Positions 1 to 7,062 of a stretch of 38,724 nucleotides of DNA are shown here, one piece after another. Below the pieces are notes generated by a model. That model made no database searches. It was given only the letters and a program-made list of their open reading frames with translations, and was not told the origin of the DNA. Position 1 is the first letter of the stretch; each line of letters starts with the position of its first letter. The DNA is from a virus, in IMG/VR virus record IMGVR_UViG_3300037423_001082, positions 1 through 38,724 of that record; one strand, 5' to 3'. The position numbers and the translations under genes were made by a program.

Positions 1-127
1 CGATTACTTTATTTGGCCCTCTATACTTCCTTGCGTCCCGAACGATGTCCCAAGGGTCCACATTTGGGAGCTCGAAGTAGGGTCCGTTTGCAGCAACAAA
101 TAATGCTGAAATCATAAATCTTCCTAA
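1..127. repeat. 127-bp terminal direct repeat (left copy)
   Basis: Base-for-base identical to 38598-38724. Positions 115..1 (-) duplicate the first 38 codons of CDS 38098..38712. Confidence 0.95.
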
Positions 128-144
128 TTTAATGTGACAATTGC

Positions 145-522
145 CTATTTTGTCTCATCTTGTTTGTCGTCGTCAGCGACACGTTCTTGCGATATGTCGA
201 TGCTTTGAGCTTTTGGCGACATTTCTTGTTTTGCGGCGCTCTGGAGGGCTTGGTTCGCTAGATTTACCAACTCAGCCAGCGTCTTATCTGGCCATATTAT
301 AGAAGTCCCTTTTGTACCGAGGAAAACCATTTTCTTAAACGTAGATATAAACCGTTCATTCTCGGCGCGTTGGCGTTCAAGTTCTGTGTGAAGCCTTACG
401 TTCTCATCGTGCTCTGCCAAGAACGTGTCTCTTGATGCTTCCAGCTCGGCCTTGAGCGTGGCTATCTCCTTGCTTTGCTTTTGACACAAAGATGCTAGTT
501 CGCTCAATGTCATGGTTGGCAT
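145..522 (-). CDS. Hypothetical coiled-coil protein (125 aa)
   Basis: Helical, heptad-like sequence (LKAELEASRD, ELERQRAENERF). GGAAAG Shine-Dalgarno upstream of ATG 522. Sits in the leftward early operon. Confidence 0.6.
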   Translation of the reverse strand: MPTMTLSELASLCQKQSKEIATLKAELEASRDTFLAEHDENVRLHTELERQRAENERFISTFKKMVFLGTKGTSIIWPDKTLAELVNLANQALQSAAKQEMSPKAQSIDISQERVADDDKQDETK

Positions 523-648
523 CTCACTTCTTTCCTTTCCGTTTGAGGCAACGCTTGCAGGTGACGCGACTCCAGCGTGGCGACCATTTTACGTCGAACT
601 TAAAACGTCCACACCCGGTGAAATACAAATATTTATAGAAATGAACCT

Positions 649-1044
649 TCACACGTCACCTCCCGCGCTGTCCGGCGAGTGTTTGGAAAAATATTCATGA
701 GCAGTCCAGTAGGCGAGGTTGTCGATATTTAGAGCCCGGTCAACAATCACTTTTAAAGCCTTCTCAGCATCCTCAAGGCGCGTGCGGAGTTCTTTCATGT
801 CGCCATGCCAGTCTTGCTCCTCGCGTTTCCATGACTCGATGGCTGCCTTGAGTTGGTCGCGTTCAGCCTTCCCTTCGGCGTAACCGCGAGCTGCGCCTGC
901 GAGATAAACTTCAACGTCAACGTGCATGACTGACGTGTCTTTTTGATACTCGGGAAACCTTTGCTTAAGCCACGTCTCCGCCGCCTCGGTAAATCGGTTG
1001 TCGGTCATATTGATCCATCCTGTATCGCTCACGATGTCGCCCAT
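649..1044 (-). CDS. Hypothetical protein (131 aa; alternative start ATG 1008)
   Basis: Protein-like composition with a helical C-terminal half. Co-oriented in the early operon. Confidence 0.55.
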   Translation of the reverse strand: MGDIVSDTGWINMTDNRFTEAAETWLKQRFPEYQKDTSVMHVDVEVYLAGAARGYAEGKAERDQLKAAIESWKREEQDWHGDMKELRTRLEDAEKALKVIVDRALNIDNLAYWTAHEYFSKHSPDSAGGDV

Positions 1045-1068
1045 CTCGCTTGCCTTTTTAGTGTGTCC

Positions 1069-1305
1069 CTAAATCGCACCCGCAAGCCCTTCGCTATCAC
1101 TCGGTGGCTTCTTGTAACCCGGCGCACGCGGCTCAAACTGGCGTGCTGAAATCTTGCGCACTGGGCGAGGTTCAAAGCCGCCTTGAACAGCGCAGAGTTT
1201 TGAGCACACGGGACTGCCGTCGTAATACTTCCAGAAATTCGCAGCGGGCCTGGTCCTGCACACCGTGCATTTTGTCTCGTTGATCTTTCTGTTTTCGTTA
1301 CTCAT
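1069..1305 (-). CDS. Small zinc-ribbon protein (78 aa)
   Basis: CTVC...(17 aa)...CSKLC four-Cys pattern. 4-nt overlap with the upstream VRR-NUC gene (1302-1305). Confidence 0.6.
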   Translation of the reverse strand: MSNENRKINETKCTVCRTRPAANFWKYYDGSPVCSKLCAVQGGFEPRPVRKISARQFEPRAPGYKKPPSDSEGLAGAI

Positions 1306-1607
1306 CGCTCCACCCTCAGTGCGTCGATTACGTCATCAAGCGAGTAGGCAAGGATCGCGATGCCGCCCGACTCTTTCCAATCTTGCAAAAACTCTTTCTG
1401 CTCTTTGGATGGCTTCCCACCCTTTGCTTTCACTTCAATGGCAAGCCCTCGCCCATGCCAAAGACCCAAGATGTCCGCGATCCCTTTGGAGTGGTTCGTG
1501 CGTCCTGGTATCCTGCCGATCTGAATAGGCCACACTCTGCAGACCTTGCGCGGATGGGCAGATAACCAGTCCATGATCTGCTTCTTAATCAGTCCTTCAG
1601 GCGTCAT
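1302..1607 (-). CDS. VRR-NUC domain nuclease (101 aa)
   Basis: GIADILGLWHGRGLAIEVKAKGGKPSKEQKEFLQDWKESGG matches the VRR-NUC D...E-V-K core and the following Q..F motif. ATG 1607 has GGAG 6 nt upstream and is preferred over ATG 1655. Confidence 0.75.
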   Translation of the reverse strand: MTPEGLIKKQIMDWLSAHPRKVCRVWPIQIGRIPGRTNHSKGIADILGLWHGRGLAIEVKAKGGKPSKEQKEFLQDWKESGGIAILAYSLDDVIDALRVER

Positions 1608-1917
1608 CTTTGACTCCAAGCTCTGGATGCCAGAGCCCCAAGAGATCAGGATCAAGCACCCAGCCAGCCATCACAAGCTTGGCTCCAAACACTGGCCATC
1701 TGATCACGAACGTCTGCCATCCGATCCGGTGCCATTCCATGTGGCAATCCCTGCAGTGTGGCCATACGTTCCATGCGGTATCAGGACCGCCAGCACCACG
1801 GCTTCTGATGTGTGAAGCGTCCGATGGGCCTACCTTTCCACAGGCAGAGCATGGAAGCTTTCTGATGGCCTCAAGAAGCTTTTTGTCTTTCTTCGTGGTG
1901 GGCTTGCGGAACATCAT
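1597..1917 (-). CDS. HNH-like / Cys-His zinc-finger nuclease-like protein (106 aa)
   Basis: CSACG..SHIRSRGAGG.D..N..P.C..CH..WH pattern, as in small phage HNH/DUF968-type proteins. Start ATG 1917 forms an ATGA overlap with the dam stop (1914-1916). Confidence 0.5.
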   Translation of the reverse strand: MMFRKPTTKKDKKLLEAIRKLPCSACGKVGPSDASHIRSRGAGGPDTAWNVWPHCRDCHMEWHRIGWQTFVIRWPVFGAKLVMAGWVLDPDLLGLWHPELGVKDDA

Positions 1918-2744
1918 ATATGCCCCTCGAACAAGCTTTGTTGCGCCTGGGCTTTGACGGCCGCGGGATTGAGCCATAAGACTTCGATGCGGTCTCGCGC
2001 ACCGTCTGCGTGTGCCTCTCTGCGAACAGTTTCCCATCCTATGCGCTCATAAATAGGATGATCGTAGCCGCATAGGACTACCATTCCCTTCAGCGTCTTT
2101 AAGAAGTCGCACAACTCTTCATGCTGCTCGTTTGTCATTTCACAACGGTAAGAATGCTTGGCTCCACGTGTGGCATGAACATAAGGGGGATCAACGAAAT
2201 GAAGAGTCTCTGGTGAGTCCTGCTGCCTCATGACTTCTTTGGCGTCCCTGTTTTCGATCACGACTCCCTCAAGTCGCGCCGTAAACCGCTTGATTTCATC
2301 AGGCCAGTTGATCCAGTCATGCGCCGGCGTAGTACCTAAGCGATTAGAATTCGCACGAAATCCAGTCTTGCCTGAATCGGGATTATGTCCATCCGATCCA
2401 AAACCCATGAACGCTCTGATTACTAAGAAGCGTGCGCGATCAATTGCGTCTTTAGGCTCTGTGTAGGCGTTGTCAAACTCATCGCGAGCGAAGGGAGTCA
2501 GTCTAAGTCGGCGTTCCAATTCTGCGGATGTAGCAAGGTCTTGGAGTATCCTAAAGAATCCCACAATCTCGCCGTCTAAATCGTTGTAAACCTCAGCATA
2601 GCTTCTGGGCTTTCGCATGAGAACGCTCGCCGCACCACCAAACGGCTCAACGTAAATCCGGTGCGGAGGAAAGTGGGAGATAATCCAGGGAGCTAGTATC
2701 CATTTGCCGCCGAAATATCTGAGAATCGGGCGTTCTGGGTTCAT
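1914..2744 (-). CDS. dam: DNA N6-adenine methyltransferase, Dam/D12 class (276 aa)
   Basis: RYFGGK...VEPFGGAASV SAM-binding N-terminus and the FVDPPY catalytic motif. Confidence 0.9.
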   Translation of the reverse strand: MNPERPILRYFGGKWILAPWIISHFPPHRIYVEPFGGAASVLMRKPRSYAEVYNDLDGEIVGFFRILQDLATSAELERRLRLTPFARDEFDNAYTEPKDAIDRARFLVIRAFMGFGSDGHNPDSGKTGFRANSNRLGTTPAHDWINWPDEIKRFTARLEGVVIENRDAKEVMRQQDSPETLHFVDPPYVHATRGAKHSYRCEMTNEQHEELCDFLKTLKGMVVLCGYDHPIYERIGWETVRREAHADGARDRIEVLWLNPAAVKAQAQQSLFEGHI

Positions 2745-3649
2745 GCTCCCACCTTCGGCATCTTGCCAAATAGGCCGTCTAGGAACTGGCGCACTTCGGC
2801 TGGATTGGGCGCAGGCTCTTCGGCAACGGCCTGCATCTCGGCAAGCCTTGCCTGCTCCTGCTCGCGCTCCTGGAGTTTCTTTCTGGCCTGAGCGCCAAGA
2901 TTTACGAAGCGGTCAAACTTTTCAGGGTCAAACAGACGATTCAGCGAAAGGTGTCTGGAAGGTTTAAACGTCTCAGATTCCGGCTCATATCGTTGACCTA
3001 AGATCGCAAGCAAGACGGCATCAAGACCGCGTGCCTGAATATTGCGGGCCAGGGTGACGTGTTCAAACGGAAAGAGATTGCGTTCAGCACCGTACTTTTT
3101 CAAGCACTCAGACCATGCGTTGGCTGCTTCCTGAGCCTGCTCGCGTAATCCCCCCACCCCCCCCTGATGACCGTTACCGTTACTGTTACCTATACCTTTA
3201 CTGTTACTTGGTCCCATCCCGATGGGATCTGATGGGATGGGTATGGGATCATTTTTTTGAGAAGAAATAGGCAAAGACTCATCCAAGGAAAGATTGTACT
3301 TCTCTAAAAATTCAATGATCGGCTTGTGCGCATTCTTTGCCGCAGACAACTTCCCCTGCTGGAAGGTCACAAAGGAGGGGAAGAAATACTTGTCTTGCTC
3401 AAAAGCAACGAACTTGCCCATGAACCAAGATTCAAAGTCCTGCTTCCCAACGCTCACGCCAGTCTGAAACGCCATCAGCTCAAAGTCTGCGTGCCAGACT
3501 CCGCAATGATCGCAGTTATCCAAGATATAGAACCACACAAGCTTGGCCTGCATCGGCAGGGCTCGAAACCAAGGGCGCTTCCACTTGTCTGTGTCTGTGA
3601 ACCGCTTAGCCACTGTGCCTCCACTCGAACGCTGATTGCCCTTCCTCAT
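2741..3649 (-). CDS. Putative replication initiator / replisome organizer (302 aa)
   Basis: The N-terminus (DKWKRPWF...WFYILDNCDHCGVW) resembles phage replisome-organizer N-domains. The central G/N/P low-complexity linker coincides with iteron-like DNA repeats plus an A/T run (3170-3262), the same arrangement as lambda O/ori. Confidence 0.5.
   Translation of the reverse strand: MRKGNQRSSGGTVAKRFTDTDKWKRPWFRALPMQAKLVWFYILDNCDHCGVWHADFELMAFQTGVSVGKQDFESWFMGKFVAFEQDKYFFPSFVTFQQGKLSAAKNAHKPIIEFLEKYNLSLDESLPISSQKNDPIPIPSDPIGMGPSNSKGIGNSNGNGHQGGVGGLREQAQEAANAWSECLKKYGAERNLFPFEHVTLARNIQARGLDAVLLAILGQRYEPESETFKPSRHLSLNRLFDPEKFDRFVNLGAQARKKLQEREQEQARLAEMQAVAEEPAPNPAEVRQFLDGLFGKMPKVGA
3170..3262. repeat. 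Iteron-like repeat cluster plus A/T tract (candidate ori) inside the initiator gene
   Basis: TTACTGTTAC occurs twice (3180-3189, 3198-3207). GATGGGA has one inverted copy (3212-3218), and ATGGGAT has three direct copies (3222, 3232, 3243) at 10-11 bp phasing. ATTTTTTT follows at 3251-3258. Confidence 0.4.
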
Positions 3650-3977
3650 CGAAGAAAGGCGGTAGCACCCGATACTCCCAGATCACGCTGGGTCCTTCCC
3701 TGCGCCTACGCTCCACGCGATAAGAGCCGAACTTGTCTTTCCTAAGATCTCTGAGCCTGGCCGAAATAGACGCCTGCGGATAGCGCGTGATGCGCTCAAT
3801 CTCTGGAAGCGTTCTCCAGATCTGATCCGCCATCAGCGTGCGGACTGTGCCAAGTTGTTTGGATAAGCGCTCGCCATCGAGCAATGAATCGAACGTTGAG
3901 CCGTCAAAACGGTCCATGCCCCCCCCCACGAGAGACGAGGGGTACTTCTCTGCGCCCCCCAAGTTATGCACGCCCAA
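3606..3977 (-). CDS. Winged-helix DNA-binding protein, first gene of the leftward early operon (123 aa; alternative start ATG 3917)
   Basis: TLPEIERITRYPQASISARLRDLRKDKFGSYRVERRR is a wHTH (MarR/ArsR-like) pattern. A G9 run on the coding strand (3919-3927) lies just upstream of the alternative ATG. Confidence 0.5.
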   Translation of the reverse strand: MGVHNLGGAEKYPSSLVGGGMDRFDGSTFDSLLDGERLSKQLGTVRTLMADQIWRTLPEIERITRYPQASISARLRDLRKDKFGSYRVERRRREGPSVIWEYRVLPPFFDEEGQSAFEWRHSG

Positions 3978-4082
3978 AGATTTCCCCGGCCAGCCATTGC
4001 GAAGCCAGCCGGGGACGCAATTCTTGGGGAACGTGCGTGTGGGAAGAGAACTAATCGCGGAAATTCATTTCATCAGATTGAT

Positions 4083-4138
4083 GCGCTGCTTTCAGCGTGT
4101 ACACGCGTGAGTCAGCTGACTCACGGGTAAAGCAGCGC
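4083..4138. repeat. Perfect 56-bp nested (T-shaped) palindrome
   Basis: GCGCTGCTTT-CAG-[CGTGTACACG]-[CGTGAGTCAGCTGACTCACG]-GGT-AAAGCAGCGC. A 10-bp outer stem encloses a 10-bp and a 20-bp perfect palindrome with no mismatches. Confidence 0.9.
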
Positions 4139-4257
4139 GTAATTCAGCACTGGGCGGTTTTTAATGCTTTAACCGTCTACGTTCACACCATTCCAGGTGA
4201 TTTGCGGACGTTCGTTGCGAACTCATCCGTTTTCAAAACCTCAATCACTTCAGCAGT

Positions 4258-4400
4258 TTAAAGCATTGGTTTATTGGTTACCGTACAGATCTTAAAAATC
4301 TGTCATGAAATCGGTAATAGTCCAATATCAAACGACTTTTTCAAGAATTGGTAACCACGTCTCCCAATCTTTGGTTACCAAAATTACCAATCGGATTGGT
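4258..4400. repeat. Dense ATTGG(T)/CCAAT repeat array spanning the int start
   Basis: Eight copies in ~135 bp: ATTGGT(T) at 4265, 4273, 4347, 4395; TTGGTTACC at 4371; CCAAT at 4322, 4364, 4387. There is also a 10-bp long-range inverted repeat, AATGCTTTAA (4163-4172) / TTAAAGCATT (4258-4267). Confidence 0.6.
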
Positions 4401-5561
4401 CTTGAATGTGAGCGTAATTTTTTCTATGACACATCGCGAAGTATGGGCAAAAGCATTTGGGGAAATCGCCCGCGTGTCAATTTCGTGCTGAAAAAGCCAA
4501 GCGAGAAGGATGGAAGAAAGACCTTCCAGATCCTCAAGCGCACTGTTCGGCAAGGACAGGCTCCTGAGCATGAGCGCATCGATAATGAGCGACTGACTGC
4601 AATCAACTTGGCTTTCAAGAACGGCATTCAAGACGCCGTGGCATGCGAGATTCAGTCCCGTGAAGTGATTGCGGACCTTATGAAGATTGAGCGCCAGAAG
4701 CTTCCGCGCGTTGTTCATAACGAAGAGAATCAGCGCCTAGTGCAAGCCTACTGGGACAAAGAATACGAGCACCGCGACCTAGTGGACGCGAACGCAGCAA
4801 AGAACCGCTTAATCCGCGCCGCCGAAGCGGTAGGCTCCTTGTCACTTTTTTCCGCCGATCGCAAAGAGCTACAAAAGGCGGTGAACGCCAAATACAAAGA
4901 CAACCGCCAGCGCGACGTTGTCAGCGCACTCAATCAACTTCTCGCGTTCGCTGGGCGTGGCATTGAACTTATTCGCCGCGAAGAGGTTTCAGACGACGTT
5001 CAATACCTCAAGCCCTCTGAATTTGAAGCGGTTCAAAAGCATGTGGAAGACCCACTTGATCGCCTGCTTCAGAGGGTCGCCTTTGTCACGGGCCTACGGC
5101 AAGGCGAGATCTTCGCACTCACCCCTGAGAGCACGCTAGGCACGCAGTTCTTTTCTCAACACCAGATAGATAGACAGCTTGAGCGCAGGCAGACTAAGCG
5201 CAAGATGGCAAAGAAGCGTCAAATCTATGTCTTGCCAGGCGGTGAAGAACCGTTTCGGGAATGGGCAAACCTGCCAAAAAAGACAAAGCTTGCGATGAGA
5301 AATAGAAAGCACGCCGAAGTGCTACAGCGGGCGTGCCAAAAAGCCTTCCCTGATCGGGATGAAAAGCACGTTGTCTTCCATGATCTCAGGCACTCCTATG
5401 CGATCTATCTGGTTAGCCGTGGCGTAAGCTTAACGCAGGTGGCACAATGTCTGAATAACAGCTACGCCGTTTGTGAAAGATATTATTCGGGCTTCGTTCT
5501 GAAAGATGAGACGATTGAAAACATCAAGCGGATCATTGAGGAGAGTGAAGCGCGAACGTAA
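4305..5561 (+). CDS. int: Tyrosine recombinase / phage integrase (418 aa; alternative start ATG 4443)
   Basis: Catalytic signature: GLRQGEI (Arg I), HDLRHSYA (H-x-x-R) and CERYYSG (Tyr nucleophile). It lies immediately upstream of a tRNA gene. Confidence 0.9.
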   Translation: MKSVIVQYQTTFSRIGNHVSQSLVTKITNRIGLECERNFFYDTSRSMGKSIWGNRPRVNFVLKKPSEKDGRKTFQILKRTVRQGQAPEHERIDNERLTAINLAFKNGIQDAVACEIQSREVIADLMKIERQKLPRVVHNEENQRLVQAYWDKEYEHRDLVDANAAKNRLIRAAEAVGSLSLFSADRKELQKAVNAKYKDNRQRDVVSALNQLLAFAGRGIELIRREEVSDDVQYLKPSEFEAVQKHVEDPLDRLLQRVAFVTGLRQGEIFALTPESTLGTQFFSQHQIDRQLERRQTKRKMAKKRQIYVLPGGEEPFREWANLPKKTKLAMRNRKHAEVLQRACQKAFPDRDEKHVVFHDLRHSYAIYLVSRGVSLTQVAQCLNNSYAVCERYYSGFVLKDETIENIKRIIEESEART

Positions 5562-5564
5562 GGG

Positions 5565-5651
5565 GCTCCCGTGGTGGAATAGGTAGACACAAGGGACTTA
5601 AAATCCCTCGGTCGCAAGGCTGTGCCGGTTCGAGTCCGGCCGGGAGCACCA
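5565..5651 (+). tRNA. tRNA-Leu (anticodon UAA), class II, 87 nt with encoded CCA
   Basis: Acceptor GCTCCCG/CGGGAGC; 3-bp D stem GTG/CAC with an 11-nt loop; anticodon stem AGGGA/TCCCT with loop CTTAAAA (anticodon TAA); 15-nt variable arm with a GCAA loop; T arm GCCGG-TTCGAGT-CCGGC; discriminator A, then CCA. Confidence 0.9.
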
Positions 5652-5654
5652 CCT

Positions 5655-5870
5655 TTAACTTGCTTGGTTCTCATCTGAATCCATGAAAGCATCAAGATCT
5701 GGAATCGCGTAAGACTTGCTGCCATCTCTTGCGATACGCGCACGCAGATAACCCTTTTTCACTGCATAATCTAATTGGTCAGGCGTCTTGCCTGTGTAAA
5801 AGCACGCGCCCATAGCGTTCACATACTTTTGCTTGATTGGCTGAACCCCAAAAACTTGCTGCTCCTTCAT
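5655..5870 (-). CDS. xis: Excisionase-like (Xis/AlpA/MerR-type wHTH) small DNA-binding protein (71 aa)
   Basis: KYVNAMGACFYTGKTPDQLDYAVKKGYLRARIARDGSKSYAIPDLDAF fits the Xis/AlpA fold pattern. ATG 5870 is preceded by AGGGGGA. Convergent with int, with the tRNA between them. Confidence 0.5.
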   Translation of the reverse strand: MKEQQVFGVQPIKQKYVNAMGACFYTGKTPDQLDYAVKKGYLRARIARDGSKSYAIPDLDAFMDSDENQAS

Positions 5871-5939
5871 TCGTCCCCCTCTTGTTGCCATCACGCTACA
5901 CATCGCTCTGCGTACTAGGTGATGTGAAGTCCTTTTTCG

Positions 5940-5953
5940 CCGTACTAGTACGG
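5940..5953. promoter_or_regulatory. 14-bp perfect palindrome CCGTACTAGTACGG plus an upstream half-site (candidate operator of the xis-like gene)
   Basis: The palindrome lies 70 bp upstream of the xis-like start. The related CGTACTAG half-site is at 5911-5918. Confidence 0.35.
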
Positions 5954-6011
5954 TCACAAAGTTCTTGCATTCCTCGTTGCGGGCCTGGAAACTTCCCTAC
6001 TGCACCCACCA

Positions 6012-6062
6012 ATTAATAAATAAACGAGTGCAGGCTAGGATAGCCGTCCAAAACCTGCACTC
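6012..6062 (-). terminator. Intrinsic terminator of the leftward recombination operon
   Basis: On the minus strand: 9-bp stem GAGTGCAGG/CCTGCACTC (6026-6034 / 6054-6062), 19-nt loop, then GTTTATTTATTAATT. Confidence 0.55.
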
Positions 6063-6278
6063 TCCCGGCGGCGTCTCTTACGCCGGTAACTTTCAAACAA
6101 AGCGTGGGCGTAACCCCTGGTGTTTAGTGTCGCCAGCGACCGCGCTGATCGTTACGCTACCCAAAGCACAATCCGCATCGGTTTTCCTCGACGGTCACCT
6201 TCGGAAATGTGCTATCCCGACGATTAGCACTCTCGTGCCTCCACGCCCTCCAGCGACCGAAGCCGCTGGAATTCAAAC

Positions 6279-6350
6279 TTAGAGCATCCCGCCTTTCGTG
6301 ATCACAAACACAATGACGCCGATCGCGACTAGGCCACAAAGGATGGCCAT
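6279..6350 (-). CDS. Possible 23-aa hydrophobic mini-protein (MAILCGLVAIGVIVFVITKGGML)
   Basis: ATG 6350 to TAA 6279 encodes a single TM-like segment. GGAG abuts the ATG, which is poor spacing. Below the ORF-track length cut-off. Confidence 0.2.
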   Translation of the reverse strand: MAILCGLVAIGVIVFVITKGGML

Positions 6351-6376
6351 CTCCAGTAAGTCAGTGCTAAAGTATT

Positions 6377-6580
6377 TCACGGCTCACGTCCTTCGGATTT
6401 GGCTATGGCCAACAATGCGGCATGAATGGCGTCGCCCTCTTTCCCATAATCGGGTTCATCAGCGCGCAATTGCTCGACACACATTTTCAGCGCCTCAAGA
6501 AGTTCTTGATTGATCGCGACCGGCAGGTGATGAATCGGACACGTCTCATCGCACTTGCACCAAAGGCTTGCCTTACTCAT
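6377..6580 (-). CDS. Hypothetical Cys/His-containing protein (67 aa)
   Basis: ATGA-type overlap with the upstream gene (6577-6580). Protein-like helical C-terminus. Confidence 0.5.
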   Translation of the reverse strand: MSKASLWCKCDETCPIHHLPVAINQELLEALKMCVEQLRADEPDYGKEGDAIHAALLAIAKSEGREP

Positions 6581-7047
6581 GCAGCGCTATCACTTTCTTC
6601 AGCACTGAGCGCAAGAAGTTGGACAGAATCAATCTTAGCCCGCATCTCTTTCGTGAGCGGCGTATTAGAAAGTGGAAGTACATCATACTTCGTGTTCTGC
6701 TTAAGCCCTCGGCGAGTGATTTCAACCACGGTGTTCGCAAGGTCAAATTTGCGATCAAGATTGCAGAGCGAATCGTAAAGTTCCCCGCCGCCTTCAAAGA
6801 TCTTGGCAACGTACTGGCCGTCTCTCGTGGTAATGAAGTTCACGCGAAAACGGAAAGCAGGACGATTCTCAGAGTCCACTTTGCAGACAGGGCAATCATC
6901 GCCCGTACAGGCAACGCTACTCTGCCCAGTCCAGTGGCGCTTGAACGTATATATCTCGCCTCTGAAAACTCCGGTCACTTCTTCGCGGTCATTGAGTTTC
7001 AAGAAGTTATCTCTGCCTAAGCCTTTTGGACGTGGTTTGAACATCAT
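6577..7047 (-). CDS. Hypothetical protein, possible ssDNA-binding/recombination partner of the exonuclease (156 aa)
   Basis: Beta-rich core with a C..DDCPVC element and an acidic C-terminal tail (SAEESDSAA). Directly downstream of the PD-(D/E)XK exonuclease. The function is inferred from context only. Confidence 0.35.
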   Translation of the reverse strand: MMFKPRPKGLGRDNFLKLNDREEVTGVFRGEIYTFKRHWTGQSSVACTGDDCPVCKVDSENRPAFRFRVNFITTRDGQYVAKIFEGGGELYDSLCNLDRKFDLANTVVEITRRGLKQNTKYDVLPLSNTPLTKEMRAKIDSVQLLALSAEESDSAA

Positions 7048-7062
7048 AATTTACTACTCCTG

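Noticed and set aside
3326-3745. 139-aa plus-strand ORF, and similar ORFs at 4341..4718 (-) and 13990..14376 (-)
   Set aside because: They are antisense shadows of the initiator-like, integrase and terL genes respectively. They have no RBS and non-protein-like composition.
5965-6339. ORFs 5965..6282 (+) and 6157..6339 (-) as protein genes
   Set aside because: Their compositions are Arg/Pro-rich and they have no RBS. They run through hairpin-dense DNA that is better explained as a structured non-coding region.
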